From an uncultured Chloroflexia bacterium (GTDB taxonomy: Bacteria > Chloroflexota > Chloroflexia > QHBQ01 > JADMIH01): 64,000 bases of DNA. Below are positions 51,616 through 61,565 of the stretch, one piece after another. The notes under the pieces are model-generated. The model was not told the DNA's origin and did not search any database. It was given only the letters and a program-made list of their open reading frames with translations. Numbering within the stretch: position 1 is the first letter of the stretch; each line of letters begins with the position of its first letter. The DNA lies in contig CAWCNY010000008.1 in NCBI GenBank assembly GCA_963797095.1, forward strand, positions 64,001 to 128,000, written 5' to 3'. Position numbers and translations under genes: made by a program.

Positions 51616-53115
51616 CTATGTAAGCGGTCGCGGGTGGGCGGTCCCTATCTCGGCAGCGAGCCTGTATTGTGCGGCTGCCTTCTGATACTCGCCCCTGGCC
51701 CTCAGTATATTCCCGTATGCAAAGGCCACTATGTGCGCTAGCTCCACCAGCCCTCTTCCTTGCACAAGTTGATGTGCCTTTTCGAACAGCGCATCGGCCT
51801 CACCCCTATGCCCGCGCTCCTCCTCGATCAGGCCACCTATATGCAATGCTTCCACCTATGCTGTTGTGATATCTATCGGTGGATGGCCTGCGGCAAGCTC
51901 CCAGTTCCGAGTCCCGATTTTGCTCCCCCTCTCCCTCCCTCATCACACATAGACCCAGCGTCGCGTGCTCGGCAGCCTTATCCAGTTCCCCCTTCTGCGG
52001 TACAGATCCGCGTAATCGTACTGCAAATTACTCAGCAACACCCGATCGTCCGTCGCTTCCAGCATACCGGCGGCCTTTGCCAGCAACTCCTCCGCCTCAT
52101 CATATCCGGTATGGCGCACAAGAAGTTCCGCCAGGTGCATACACACAGCAACTGCTCCCACTATATCATCGAGCGCCTCATAAATATGCAGCGCCCGAGC
52201 GGCATATACTTTCGCCTGGGGCCAGTCGTTGTCAGCCTTGTATGCCACAGCCAGCGCCCACAAGAGGCTGGCCTCCCTTTCCACTCCGTTCAGGTCCGCT
52301 ATCAGCGCTAGGGCTTCTTTATAAGTGGCTATGGCCTGGGGCACATCGCGCAGCGCCCAATTGTCGTTTGCCAGATTGTGCAGGATACTGAGGCGCGGGC
52401 TGCGGTCTTTCACCACGCCCTTTTCAATGGAATAGAGGCATTGCGGGTGGTGATGGAGCGCCGCAACCGGCTGTTCCATGAGATAGTATGCCACTCCAAG
52501 CATATTACGCACGATCGTGAGCGAGTCCTCGTCACCGCCAGCCGCCCCCTGGGCTTCCTCCAGGTGAACCTGAGCCAAGTGTGGTTGTGAACGTTGGAGA
52601 TATGCCAGCCCTCGCAAGAAGTGGGGCCTGTAGAGTAGGCGTGGGGGCAGTTTCTTGCTGAAGATAGCGGCGCTTTGCTCCGCACACTCAACAAGAGCCA
52701 GCGCCATAGATTTCGCCTACCCCACCACCCGTATTTGATACGCAGCATTGGCTTCGTCGCCACTGCGTATCAACATTCGAGCGTAGTTGTACTGGTAATT
52801 GAGGCCCTCCTGTAATGTCTCCAACTCCGGCTCTCGAAACGCACCACCTATCCCACTACCCTGATCCTGGTAGCAGCTACCTGTGCCTACCGCTATCCCT
52901 ACCAGGAAGTGCGATAGCGGTAATGCGAGGCGAGAGGAGATCTACTCCAGCACCTTCAGAGAAGGGCGCACAGCGCCGCGCTCGATCGCGCTCACATACC
53001 CCTCGGTGAAACGGGGGCCTGCCAATTGCTCTTGTGTCAGCCCTTGCTCCTTTCTCGCTTTGCGGATACGAGCGCCGACAACAGACCCAATATTGTGTCG
53101 AAACCCTGTGCGCAT
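51616..53115 (-). pseudogene. XRE-HTH + TPR (RRNPP-like) regulator, multiply disrupted
   Basis: 'GARIRKARKEQGLTQEQLAG...YVSAIERG.VRPS' ends in a stop. TPR pieces lie in different frames (51943-52707, 51616-51855). Confidence 0.8.
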
Positions 53116-53397
53116 GGTTTGCCTTCGCTTATCTCTTTCGATCTTGATGCCCCGCCAACCGTGCACATCCACCCGCTAAAGAGCAATTCACCCCTGTCAT
53201 ATCTAGCCAATGCACGTAAAATGCTCAACAGCGTACTGATTACATGGTAGCACAGGCATTCAAGGCAACACAAGACACACAGCTCGTCACTCGTCACTCG
53301 TCACTCGCTACTCGGTGGTTATGCCGGCTTTTGCTGCTTGAGCGTTATGTGATACAATTCATAGGAAGAGTCAAGATTACGCTAATGGGGTATCAGG

Positions 53398-54966
53398 ATG
53401 GAGCCAATCCTCCGATGTATCACCGTTTCTAAGAGATTCGGCTCATTGTCCGTTCTCAGGCAACTTAGTTTTGAAGTTGCGCCAGGCGAGATCGTAGGGC
53501 TGGCGGCAGGGCATGGCGACGGTAAGTCGGTGCTGGCAGCGATCCTGGCGGGTACCGAGGCTCCCAGCGAAGGTGAAGTGTTCATAGCAGGTCAGCGTAT
53601 GCGCTGGCCCTTCAGAGCGCGCTCGGTGGGCGTTGAAGTGATCCACCAGGAGCCGGAGTTTGTCGAGCACCTGGACATTACCGCCAACATCTTTCTCGGC
53701 CACGAATTGGGCTGGCTAAAAGGATCGCTTTTGCGACGGCCTGACGAAGCCCGAATGAACCAACTGGCAACCGATGCCCTCGCCCAACTTGACGCTCATG
53801 TAGCACCGCTACATGAACCTGTGGTCAACCTATCGAGCGAGCAACGCCAGCTTATCGAGATCGCTCGCGCGCTGGTGCACCCGGCACGGCTGGTGATCGT
53901 AGACGACCCCGCGCTCCCCCTGAGCTATACCTACCAGCAAAAACTGCTGTCGGTGGTGCGCTCGTGGCAACAGCAGGGCACAGCGGTGCTCTTTATCAGC
54001 AACAATCTCGATCACCTGTTCGCCCTGGCCGACCGCATTATCGTGTTGCGGCAGGGCACCTGTGTGGCGAACCTGCGCACCGAGGCCACCGACCGCGAGG
54101 ACGTGGTAGCAGCCCTGGTCGGCACGACAGATCGACAGCAGCTTACGCCTATCATCTGGGCTTTGAGCAGCTACTATCGCGCCCGCGAAGAGGCCGAGAA
54201 GCTGGGCAACCGCCAGACCCTGCTGAAGCAAAATCTCGCCGAGCAGATCGCGGCTCTCGACAGCGCCAACCTGGCACTCCAGGATGCCCACCGCCGCTTG
54301 CTTACCGAGCGCGAGCAGGAACGAAAGGCTCTCGCCCGCGAATTGCACGACCAGGTCATCCAGGACCTGTTGAGTATGAACTACCAGCTAGAAGAGGTCG
54401 AAGCGGAGAGCCTTCCTGGGCGCGCCGACCATTTCGCCGATGGACTGTCAGAGGTACGCGCCGGAATCAGGGGTCTGGTGGACGATTTGCGCCGCATTTG
54501 CGGCAATCTGCGCCCGCCCACCATAGACAGCCTGGGGGTTGGCGCGGCTCTACAATCGTATACTCGCGACTGGTCCGTGCGCACTGGAATCCCCTTGCGC
54601 TTTGAACTGGACGAGCGGCTTGGACGCCTTCCGGAAGCTCTTGAGCTATCGATCTTCCGGATAGTGCAGGAGGGCTTGAACAACATTCGGAACCATGCAG
54701 GGGCTACCGCAGTGCAGGTAGCGCTACGCCGTACTTCGCCCACCGCCGTGACAATCATCGTGTCGGACAACGGTCGTGGGCTTCCCGAGGATTTCGACCT
54801 GGCTATGCTGGCCGAGGGGGGTCATTATGGCGTGCTGGGGATCAGCGAGCGGGTGGCGCTGGTGGATGGGCGGTGGCAGTTCCAGAACCAGCTTGGGGGT
54901 GGCACCCTGCTTCAGGTGGAGATACCCCTCAAGCGAACAAGGGTGAAAGCTGCGAAAGAAAGATAA
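53398..54966 (+). CDS. ABC-ATPase-domain / HisKA_3 histidine kinase fusion
   Basis: N-terminal sugar-ABC NBD, coiled coil, H-box 'ARELHDQVIQ', N-box 'EGLNNIRNHA', 'DNGRG', 'GVLGISERV'. No TM segment. Confidence 0.92.
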   Translation: MEPILRCITVSKRFGSLSVLRQLSFEVAPGEIVGLAAGHGDGKSVLAAILAGTEAPSEGEVFIAGQRMRWPFRARSVGVEVIHQEPEFVEHLDITANIFLGHELGWLKGSLLRRPDEARMNQLATDALAQLDAHVAPLHEPVVNLSSEQRQLIEIARALVHPARLVIVDDPALPLSYTYQQKLLSVVRSWQQQGTAVLFISNNLDHLFALADRIIVLRQGTCVANLRTEATDREDVVAALVGTTDRQQLTPIIWALSSYYRAREEAEKLGNRQTLLKQNLAEQIAALDSANLALQDAHRRLLTEREQERKALARELHDQVIQDLLSMNYQLEEVEAESLPGRADHFADGLSEVRAGIRGLVDDLRRICGNLRPPTIDSLGVGAALQSYTRDWSVRTGIPLRFELDERLGRLPEALELSIFRIVQEGLNNIRNHAGATAVQVALRRTSPTAVTIIVSDNGRGLPEDFDLAMLAEGGHYGVLGISERVALVDGRWQFQNQLGGGTLLQVEIPLKRTRVKAAKER

Positions 54967-55024
54967 AGCATAATAGAGATAAAGCATAATAAGGAAGTCA
55001 AATATGGTTGTTAGGAGTTCAACG

Positions 55025-56074
55025 ATGAACACGGCGCGAATAGTGGTTGCCGACGACCACGCGGTAGTGCGGGCGGGGATCGCTAATGCTCTACGGGGTC
55101 TATCCAATATTAAGATCGTGGGAGATGCAAGCGATGGTGAAACGCTGTTGTCCATCCTGGACAAGACACAGCCTGACTTGCTCGTAACCGACATCACTAT
55201 GCCCAACTTCGAGCCGATTGAGGGTATCGGTAGCATCCGTGCGAGGTTCCCGAACCTCAAGATCCTCATTGTAAGCGCCTATGACGACGATATGTACATA
55301 CAGGGACTGCTGAGGGCAGGCGTGAACGGCTATCATCTAAAAGACCAACCTCTCAGCGACCTGCGATTGGCCGTGCAGCAGGTGTTGGAAGGCAAGATGT
55401 GGGTAACAAGTCGCCTCGTTGAGAAACTGGTGCAAGAGCATAGTACGCCAACACCGGCCCGGGCCCTGACCGCCCGGCAGCGTGATATGCTACAACTGCT
55501 CAAACAGGGCCTGGACAATTATGCTATCGCACGCCGCACGGGCTTGAGCGTCAAGACCGTAGAAAACCATCTGACGCGCCTCTACCGGCATTTAGATGTC
55601 CAGAGTCGCCTTGAAGCTGTCAATTACTGTATGCAGCACCCGGAGGTGCTGGGCGATGCGAAGTTGGCTGCCAACCACTTCCAGGCTCTCACTGTGCAAG
55701 CTTCCCTCCAGCCGACCATCCTGATCGTAGACGATAATACTCGCTATCGCACCCAGATGCGCCGAATGGTGGGCAAGAACTACCCCGAAGCAATGGTGTA
55801 TGAGGCGGAGAACACCGCCCTCGCGCTGCGCTTCGTGGGCGAAGTCAAGCCTCGTCTGGTATTCGCCGACGTGGTGCTTGGCGACGAGAATGGCATTGAG
55901 TGTGCATCGCAAATTAAGGCCCTTTCGCCTGCCACCAGGGTCGTCTTGATCAGCGCGTACCCCGACCGTGAATTTCACCGCGCAGGACTCGAAGCAGGGG
56001 CGGTGGCCTTCCTGGACAAGAAGGACCTCAACAACGCCACACTACGCGAGGTAATAGCTGATCTAGCAGGTTGA
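55025..56074 (+). CDS. response regulator REC-LuxR HTH-REC
   Basis: 'VADDH..TDITMP', 'LTARQ...SVKTVENHL', second REC 'IVDDN..ADVVL..FLDK'. Confidence 0.92.
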   Translation: MNTARIVVADDHAVVRAGIANALRGLSNIKIVGDASDGETLLSILDKTQPDLLVTDITMPNFEPIEGIGSIRARFPNLKILIVSAYDDDMYIQGLLRAGVNGYHLKDQPLSDLRLAVQQVLEGKMWVTSRLVEKLVQEHSTPTPARALTARQRDMLQLLKQGLDNYAIARRTGLSVKTVENHLTRLYRHLDVQSRLEAVNYCMQHPEVLGDAKLAANHFQALTVQASLQPTILIVDDNTRYRTQMRRMVGKNYPEAMVYEAENTALALRFVGEVKPRLVFADVVLGDENGIECASQIKALSPATRVVLISAYPDREFHRAGLEAGAVAFLDKKDLNNATLREVIADLAG

Positions 56075-56080
56075 TCTTAT

Positions 56081-56096
56081 TAGGGGATTTCCCCTA
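56081..56096. promoter_or_regulatory. 7-2-7 inverted repeat, NarL/LuxR-type site
   Basis: TAGGGGA-tt-TCCCCTA, with another GGGGGAAA just downstream. Confidence 0.55.
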
Positions 56097-56113
56097 TTCA
56101 TTTTGGGGGAAAC

Positions 56114-56152
56114 AAGGGTAGCCAAGTTACTTCAACTTGGCTACCCTTTATT
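56114..56152 (+). terminator. 15-bp hairpin after the response regulator
   Basis: AAGGGTAGCCAAGTT-acttc-AACTTGGCTACCCTT. Confidence 0.6.
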
Positions 56153-56421
56153 CGACGTACAGGAATTTTATCCCGTGCGGTTTGATGACCGTAGCTATCG
56201 CCCTGTTTTCATGCTCCGTTTATCGCGTAGCGAGCAAGGATCCCGCGCCAACGAGCATCGTCGCAACTCGCCGGAACGGTCAAGAAGGAGGTGAGTCGCC
56301 GGAGACACGATGTTTGAAGCCCTATCTATAGCCCTATCTATATAGGTAGGCATGAGCATGGCCTTGTGACGGCCATTTTGGCAAGAACGAATTTCGATGA
56401 AGAAAAACAGGAGGAAAGTTT

Positions 56422-58617
56422 ATGAAACGGACAACATCGTTGTTGGCGCTATTGATAATTGTATCTATGCTCCTATCGGCCTGTGGCGCAAATTCGACCC
56501 CCACCCCGCTCCCTGCTCCCACAAATACGGCCGCGCCGGTGGTAGTGCCAACAGACACCACAGCCCCCGCAGCCACAGCCACTACAGCACCTGTGGCCAC
56601 GGCCACCACCCCGGCGGCGGCAGGAGGCAAGATAGCCATCCTGCTCCCTGAGACCAAGACAGCCAGGTATGAGAGCCAGGACCTCCCCAACTTCAAGGCC
56701 GAGCTCACGGCTCTAGGTTTCGACGTAGACAACAATCTGATCTACAGCAACGCGAACCAGGACGCAGCCGCCCAGCAGCAGCAGGCTGAAGCTGCCCTCA
56801 CTAACGGCGCGAAAGTGCTGGTGCTCGACCCTGTCGACTCCGATGCCGCTGCCGTGATTGCTGATGCAGCCAAAGCTAAGGGTGTGCCGGTCATCTCTTA
56901 TGACCGCCTGATCAAGAACACGGATGCTGTGAATTACTACATCTCCTTCGACAACGAGCAGGTTGGCAAGCTCCAGGGTGAGAGCTTACTGACTGCTCTT
57001 GCCGGGGTTACGAACCCAAGCATCGTGATGATCAACGGCTCGCCTACTGATAACAACGCTACCCTCTTCAAGCAAGGTGCTCACTCGGTGCTCGATGGCA
57101 AAGTAACCATCGCCAAAGAGTACGATACCCCCGACTGGTCCCCTGACAAGGCCCAGGAGGAGATGACCCAGGCTCTCACCGCCCTTGGCAACAAAGTAGA
57201 TGGGGTGTATGCCGCCAATGACGGCACCGGTGGTGGCGCTATCGCTGCCATGAAGGCTGCTGGCATCTCCCCACTTCCTCCAGTCACAGGGCAGGATGCA
57301 GAGTTGGCAGCAATCCAGCGTATCCTGGCAGGTGAGCAGTACATGACCGTCTACAAGGCCATCAAGCCTGAGGCCGAAACTGCTGCCCAACTTGCCTTCA
57401 TCCTGCTGGGTGGCGGCACCCCTAATACATCGAGGATCAACGGCCAGGTCGACAACGGCAAGATCAATGTACCCTCCGTGCTGCTCGTGCCGGTAGCCGT
57501 GACTAAAGACAACGTCGCCAGCACCGTCATAGCTGACGGTTTCTGGACAGCCGACCAGGTCTGCACAGCCGATTACGCCCAGGCGTGCACGGACGCTGGT
57601 ATCGGTGGCGGGGGCTCAACAACAGTGCCATCAGGCAAGATAGCCATCCTGCTCCCTGAGACCAAGACAGCCAGGTATGAGAGCCAGGACCTCCCCAACT
57701 TCAAGGCCAAGCTCACGGCTCTAGGTTTCGACGTAGACAACAATCTGATCTACAGCAACGCGAACCAGGACGCAGCCGCCCAGCAGCAGCAGGCTGAAGC
57801 TGCCCTCACTAACGGCGCGAAAGTGCTGGTGCTCGACCCTGTCGACTCCGATGCCGCTGCCGTGATTGCTGATGCAGCCAAAGCTAAGGGTGTGCCGGTC
57901 ATCTCTTATGACCGCCTGATCAAGAACACGGATGCTGTGAATTACTACATCTCCTTCGACAACGAGCAGGTTGGCAAGCTCCAGGGTGAGAGCTTACTGA
58001 CTGCTCTTGCCGGGGTTACGAACCCAAGCATCGTGATGATCAACGGCTCGCCTACTGATAACAACGCTACCCTCTTCAAGCAAGGTGCTCACTCGGTGCT
58101 CGATGGCAAAGTAACCATCGCCAAAGAGTACGATACCCCCGACTGGTCCCCTGACAAGGCCCAGGAGGAGATGACCCAGGCTCTCACCGCCCTTGGCAAC
58201 AAAGTAGATGGGGTGTATGCCGCCAATGACGGCACCGGTGGTGGCGCTATCGCTGCCATGAAGGCTGCTGGCATCTCCCCACTTCCTCCAGTCACAGGGC
58301 AGGATGCAGAGTTGGCAGCAATCCAGCGTATCCTGGCAGGTGAGCAGTACATGACCGTCTACAAGGCCATCAAGCCTGAGGCCGAAACTGCTGCCCAACT
58401 TGCCTTTACCCTGCTGGGTGGCGGCACTCCCGACGCATCTATGGTCAACGGCCAGGTCGACAACGGCAAGATCAACGTCCCGTCCATTCTGCTCGTGCCG
58501 GTAGCCGTGACTAAAGACAACGTCGCCAGCACCGTCATAGCTGACGGTTTCTGGACAGCCGACCAGGTCTGCACAGCCGATTACGCCCAGGCGTGCACGG
58601 ACGCTGGCATCAAGTAA
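56422..58617 (+). CDS. XylF/ChvE-like sugar-binding lipoprotein with two tandem binding domains
   Basis: Lipobox LSAC; 'ISYDRLI', 'SFDNEQVG', 'AANDG', 'TGQDA', 'MTVYK' each occur twice, 1008 bp apart. Confidence 0.93.
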   Translation: MKRTTSLLALLIIVSMLLSACGANSTPTPLPAPTNTAAPVVVPTDTTAPAATATTAPVATATTPAAAGGKIAILLPETKTARYESQDLPNFKAELTALGFDVDNNLIYSNANQDAAAQQQQAEAALTNGAKVLVLDPVDSDAAAVIADAAKAKGVPVISYDRLIKNTDAVNYYISFDNEQVGKLQGESLLTALAGVTNPSIVMINGSPTDNNATLFKQGAHSVLDGKVTIAKEYDTPDWSPDKAQEEMTQALTALGNKVDGVYAANDGTGGGAIAAMKAAGISPLPPVTGQDAELAAIQRILAGEQYMTVYKAIKPEAETAAQLAFILLGGGTPNTSRINGQVDNGKINVPSVLLVPVAVTKDNVASTVIADGFWTADQVCTADYAQACTDAGIGGGGSTTVPSGKIAILLPETKTARYESQDLPNFKAKLTALGFDVDNNLIYSNANQDAAAQQQQAEAALTNGAKVLVLDPVDSDAAAVIADAAKAKGVPVISYDRLIKNTDAVNYYISFDNEQVGKLQGESLLTALAGVTNPSIVMINGSPTDNNATLFKQGAHSVLDGKVTIAKEYDTPDWSPDKAQEEMTQALTALGNKVDGVYAANDGTGGGAIAAMKAAGISPLPPVTGQDAELAAIQRILAGEQYMTVYKAIKPEAETAAQLAFTLLGGGTPDASMVNGQVDNGKINVPSILLVPVAVTKDNVASTVIADGFWTADQVCTADYAQACTDAGIK

Positions 58618-58697
58618 GTAGATCCTAGTATAATAGGGGACCGGGGCGGGCTAACACCCTCCCTGGTTCCCTATTGTTCCCTATAGGAGGAACGTCA

Positions 58698-59528
58698 ATG
58701 GCGACATCGGAACGCACGCCAGTGCTCGAATTACGCGGTATCAGCAAGCGTTTCGGCGCTGTGCAGGCGCTTACCGACGTAAACTTCGACGTATACGCAG
58801 CCGAGGTGGTGGGACTTGTGGGCGACAATGGCGCGGGCAAGTCTACCCTTATTAAATGCATCGCAGGTATTCATCCAATAGATTCGGGCGAGATCTACTT
58901 TGAAGGACGGCGCGTAACGATCTCAGGCCCTAAGGGCGCGCTGCAACTCGGAATATCTACTGTGTACCAGGACCTTGCTCTGTGTGACAACCTGGACGTA
59001 GTCGCCAACCTCTATCTGGGCCGCGAAGAGTCGCGCCCGATCATCCCCGGCATATTCAGCATCGTTAACGAGACAAAGATGGAGCAACGTGCTATCGACG
59101 TGCTCCGGGGTCTCTCCGTGACAATTCCGAGCGTAAGAACACTGATCGCCTCGTTGTCAGGCGGCCAGCGCCAGTCAGTAGCTGTCGCGAGGTCGGTCAT
59201 GTGGAAGCCCAAGCTGGTTATCCTGGACGAGCCGACAGCCGCGCTGGGTGTTGCCCAAACTCGTCAGGTTCTGGACCTGATCCGCCGCCTGCGCGAGCAG
59301 GGGCTGGCTGTGATCGTGATCAGCCACAATCTTGAAGATGTCTTCTCGGTCGTGGACAGGATTAGCGTATTGCGCCTGGGCCGTAACGCCGGCACATTCG
59401 ATGTCAAGGATGTGAGCTATGAGCAGGTGGTAGCCGCTATCACAGGCGCGGAGTTCGGGACTTGGGAGCAAGGCGCTCACGAGGCTGAAGACGAGGTGGT
59501 TGCCCCGGCAGGAGGTGGAGTGTCATGA
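58698..59528 (+). CDS. sugar ABC transporter ATPase (single NBD)
   Basis: GDNGAGKST, LSGGQ, ILDEPT, ISHN. Confidence 0.95.
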   Translation: MATSERTPVLELRGISKRFGAVQALTDVNFDVYAAEVVGLVGDNGAGKSTLIKCIAGIHPIDSGEIYFEGRRVTISGPKGALQLGISTVYQDLALCDNLDVVANLYLGREESRPIIPGIFSIVNETKMEQRAIDVLRGLSVTIPSVRTLIASLSGGQRQSVAVARSVMWKPKLVILDEPTAALGVAQTRQVLDLIRRLREQGLAVIVISHNLEDVFSVVDRISVLRLGRNAGTFDVKDVSYEQVVAAITGAEFGTWEQGAHEAEDEVVAPAGGGVS

Positions 59529-60739
59529 GCACTATGATCGACGATCCACGCCTGATCAAGCAGGAGGCCGGCGGCAACTTCTTCAGCAACCTGCGCAAGC
59601 GCTTCGCCTATACCGACCTGGGCCAATTGCCCGTTTTGATCGGCCTGGTGCTGATCTGGGTGATCTTCCAGTGGGCCAACGCCAACTTCCTCAGCCCCGT
59701 CAACCTGACCAACCTGCTTTTGCAAAACGTGGCAATAGGGATCACGTCGGTGGGCATCACGTTGGTGCTGCTGCTGGGCGAGATCGACCTGTCGGTAGGT
59801 GCGGTAAGCGGGCTTACGGCCTCCATCATGGCCGTCCAAAATGTTAAGAACGGCATGCCCGGCATAGTGGCTATAGGGTTGGCGCTGCTGGCAGGGGCTG
59901 TAATCGGTCTTATTCATGGCCTCTGGCTCACCAAGTTGCGCGTTCCCGCTTTCGTAGTAACCCTGGCAGGTCTACTTGGCTGGCAGGGAGCGCAATTGCA
60001 GGTGCTGGGCACCACAGGCACGGTCAACTTGCGGGACCCGACCATCACCGGGCTGACGCTCACATTCTTCCCGGCGTTCTGGTCCTGGGTGATTACAATA
60101 GCAGCTGTAGCGCTATACGCAATCGGATCGTTCTGGGAGCGGCAACAACGTGTTTCGGCGGGCCTAGTTTCTATCACCCGCAGCGCCCTTGTAGCGCGAA
60201 TCGCGGCTGTCAGCATTGGCGTGCTGGCGGCCACCGCCATATTCACAGCCGACCGTGGCCTCCCCCTTTCCGTGGTGATCTTCCTTGGGGTCATAGTGGT
60301 CATGAACACGGTGACCAAGCGCACCAAATTCGGGCGGTACATCTATGCCGTGGGCGGTAACGCCGAGGCGTCCAGGCGTGCCAGCATCAACGTGGACAAC
60401 ATCCGCATCGCCGTCTTCACACTCTGTTCGTTACTGGCGGCGTTAGGGGGGGTGATGGCAGGCTCGCGACTCCTTGCGGTGAACCAAAGCTCAGGGGGGA
60501 GCGACTTCCTGCTGAACACTATTGCGGCGGCGGTTATCGGGGGGACGAGCCTGTTCGGTGGGCGGGGCACGGTGTGGGCAGCGCTGCTGGGTGCGCTGGT
60601 GATCGGGTCGATCTCGAATGGTATGGATCTGCTGGCGCTTCCCTCGCCGGTGAAGTTTATGATCACGGGCGGGGTGCTGCTGGCAGCGGTTACTCTGGAC
60701 GCTCTGATCCGCAGGCGCAGAGTGGCCACGGGGCGATAA
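59525..60739 (+). CDS. sugar ABC transporter permease (XylH-like)
   Basis: 'GEIDLSVG', 'PAFVVTL', 'FGRYIYAVGGN.EA', 'IAAAVIGGTSLFGG'. Confidence 0.95.
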   Translation: MSTMIDDPRLIKQEAGGNFFSNLRKRFAYTDLGQLPVLIGLVLIWVIFQWANANFLSPVNLTNLLLQNVAIGITSVGITLVLLLGEIDLSVGAVSGLTASIMAVQNVKNGMPGIVAIGLALLAGAVIGLIHGLWLTKLRVPAFVVTLAGLLGWQGAQLQVLGTTGTVNLRDPTITGLTLTFFPAFWSWVITIAAVALYAIGSFWERQQRVSAGLVSITRSALVARIAAVSIGVLAATAIFTADRGLPLSVVIFLGVIVVMNTVTKRTKFGRYIYAVGGNAEASRRASINVDNIRIAVFTLCSLLAALGGVMAGSRLLAVNQSSGGSDFLLNTIAAAVIGGTSLFGGRGTVWAALLGALVIGSISNGMDLLALPSPVKFMITGGVLLAAVTLDALIRRRRVATGR

Positions 60740-60914
60740 ACTAGCCCAGGCTTCGTCTCAGCGATTGCTGAGGCAGATAATCGAGCCGGAAATGCCCTAT
60801 CTAGAGCGCCCGGCTCTTTCTTTGTCTTTGTGACCCATTCCACTCAGCAGAGAGATCAAACCTGACGCTGTTTCCCCTTCACATAGTTATTAAATATCTA
60901 GCAAAATAATATCT

Positions 60915-61523
60915 ATGCCGAGACAATTCAAACGTTCACCCCTCGCCCTGGCCATACTCGCCCTCTTTCACGAAGCGCCGATGCACCCATATCGAATGCA
61001 GCGGCTGATCAAAGATCGCGGCAAGGACCAGGTTATCAATGTCCAACAGCGTGCCAGTCTCTACCAGACCGTCGGCCAGCTCCTTCGCGCCGGGCTGATC
61101 ACCTTCTGGGAGAATGAACGCAATGAAGGATTTCCGGAGCGTACCGTCTACAAGCTCACCGATAAAGGCCACCACACAGCCGTGAATTGGATGCGGGAGA
61201 TGCTCTCAACACCTGCTCAGGAATACCCGCAGTTCCCGGCGGCGATCTCCCTGCTACCACTTCTGACGACGAAGGACGCTATTCACCGGTTAGAGATACG
61301 GGAAGCCACGCTTGCCGGGCAAATAGCCTCCATTGATGCGGAAATACAAACATATGCGGTTAGCTTACCCAGGATCTTCTTGCTTGAATCAGAATACATG
61401 AGGACCATGCTTGACGCCGAACTGAAATGGGTGCGCTCGGTCATCGCAGACTTGGACAGCGGCCAGCTTACCTGGAACCAGGAATGGATGCAGCCATCTG
61501 AGCCGCCGCGGCCACAAGAGTGA
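60915..61523 (+). CDS. PadR family transcriptional regulator
   Basis: 'PMHPY', 'SLYQ', 'PERTVYKLTDKG'. Confidence 0.9.
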   Translation: MPRQFKRSPLALAILALFHEAPMHPYRMQRLIKDRGKDQVINVQQRASLYQTVGQLLRAGLITFWENERNEGFPERTVYKLTDKGHHTAVNWMREMLSTPAQEYPQFPAAISLLPLLTTKDAIHRLEIREATLAGQIASIDAEIQTYAVSLPRIFLLESEYMRTMLDAELKWVRSVIADLDSGQLTWNQEWMQPSEPPRPQE

Positions 61524-61565
61524 TCGTCTTCCCACGCGAACATAGTCATTGAAAGGAGAATTCAA

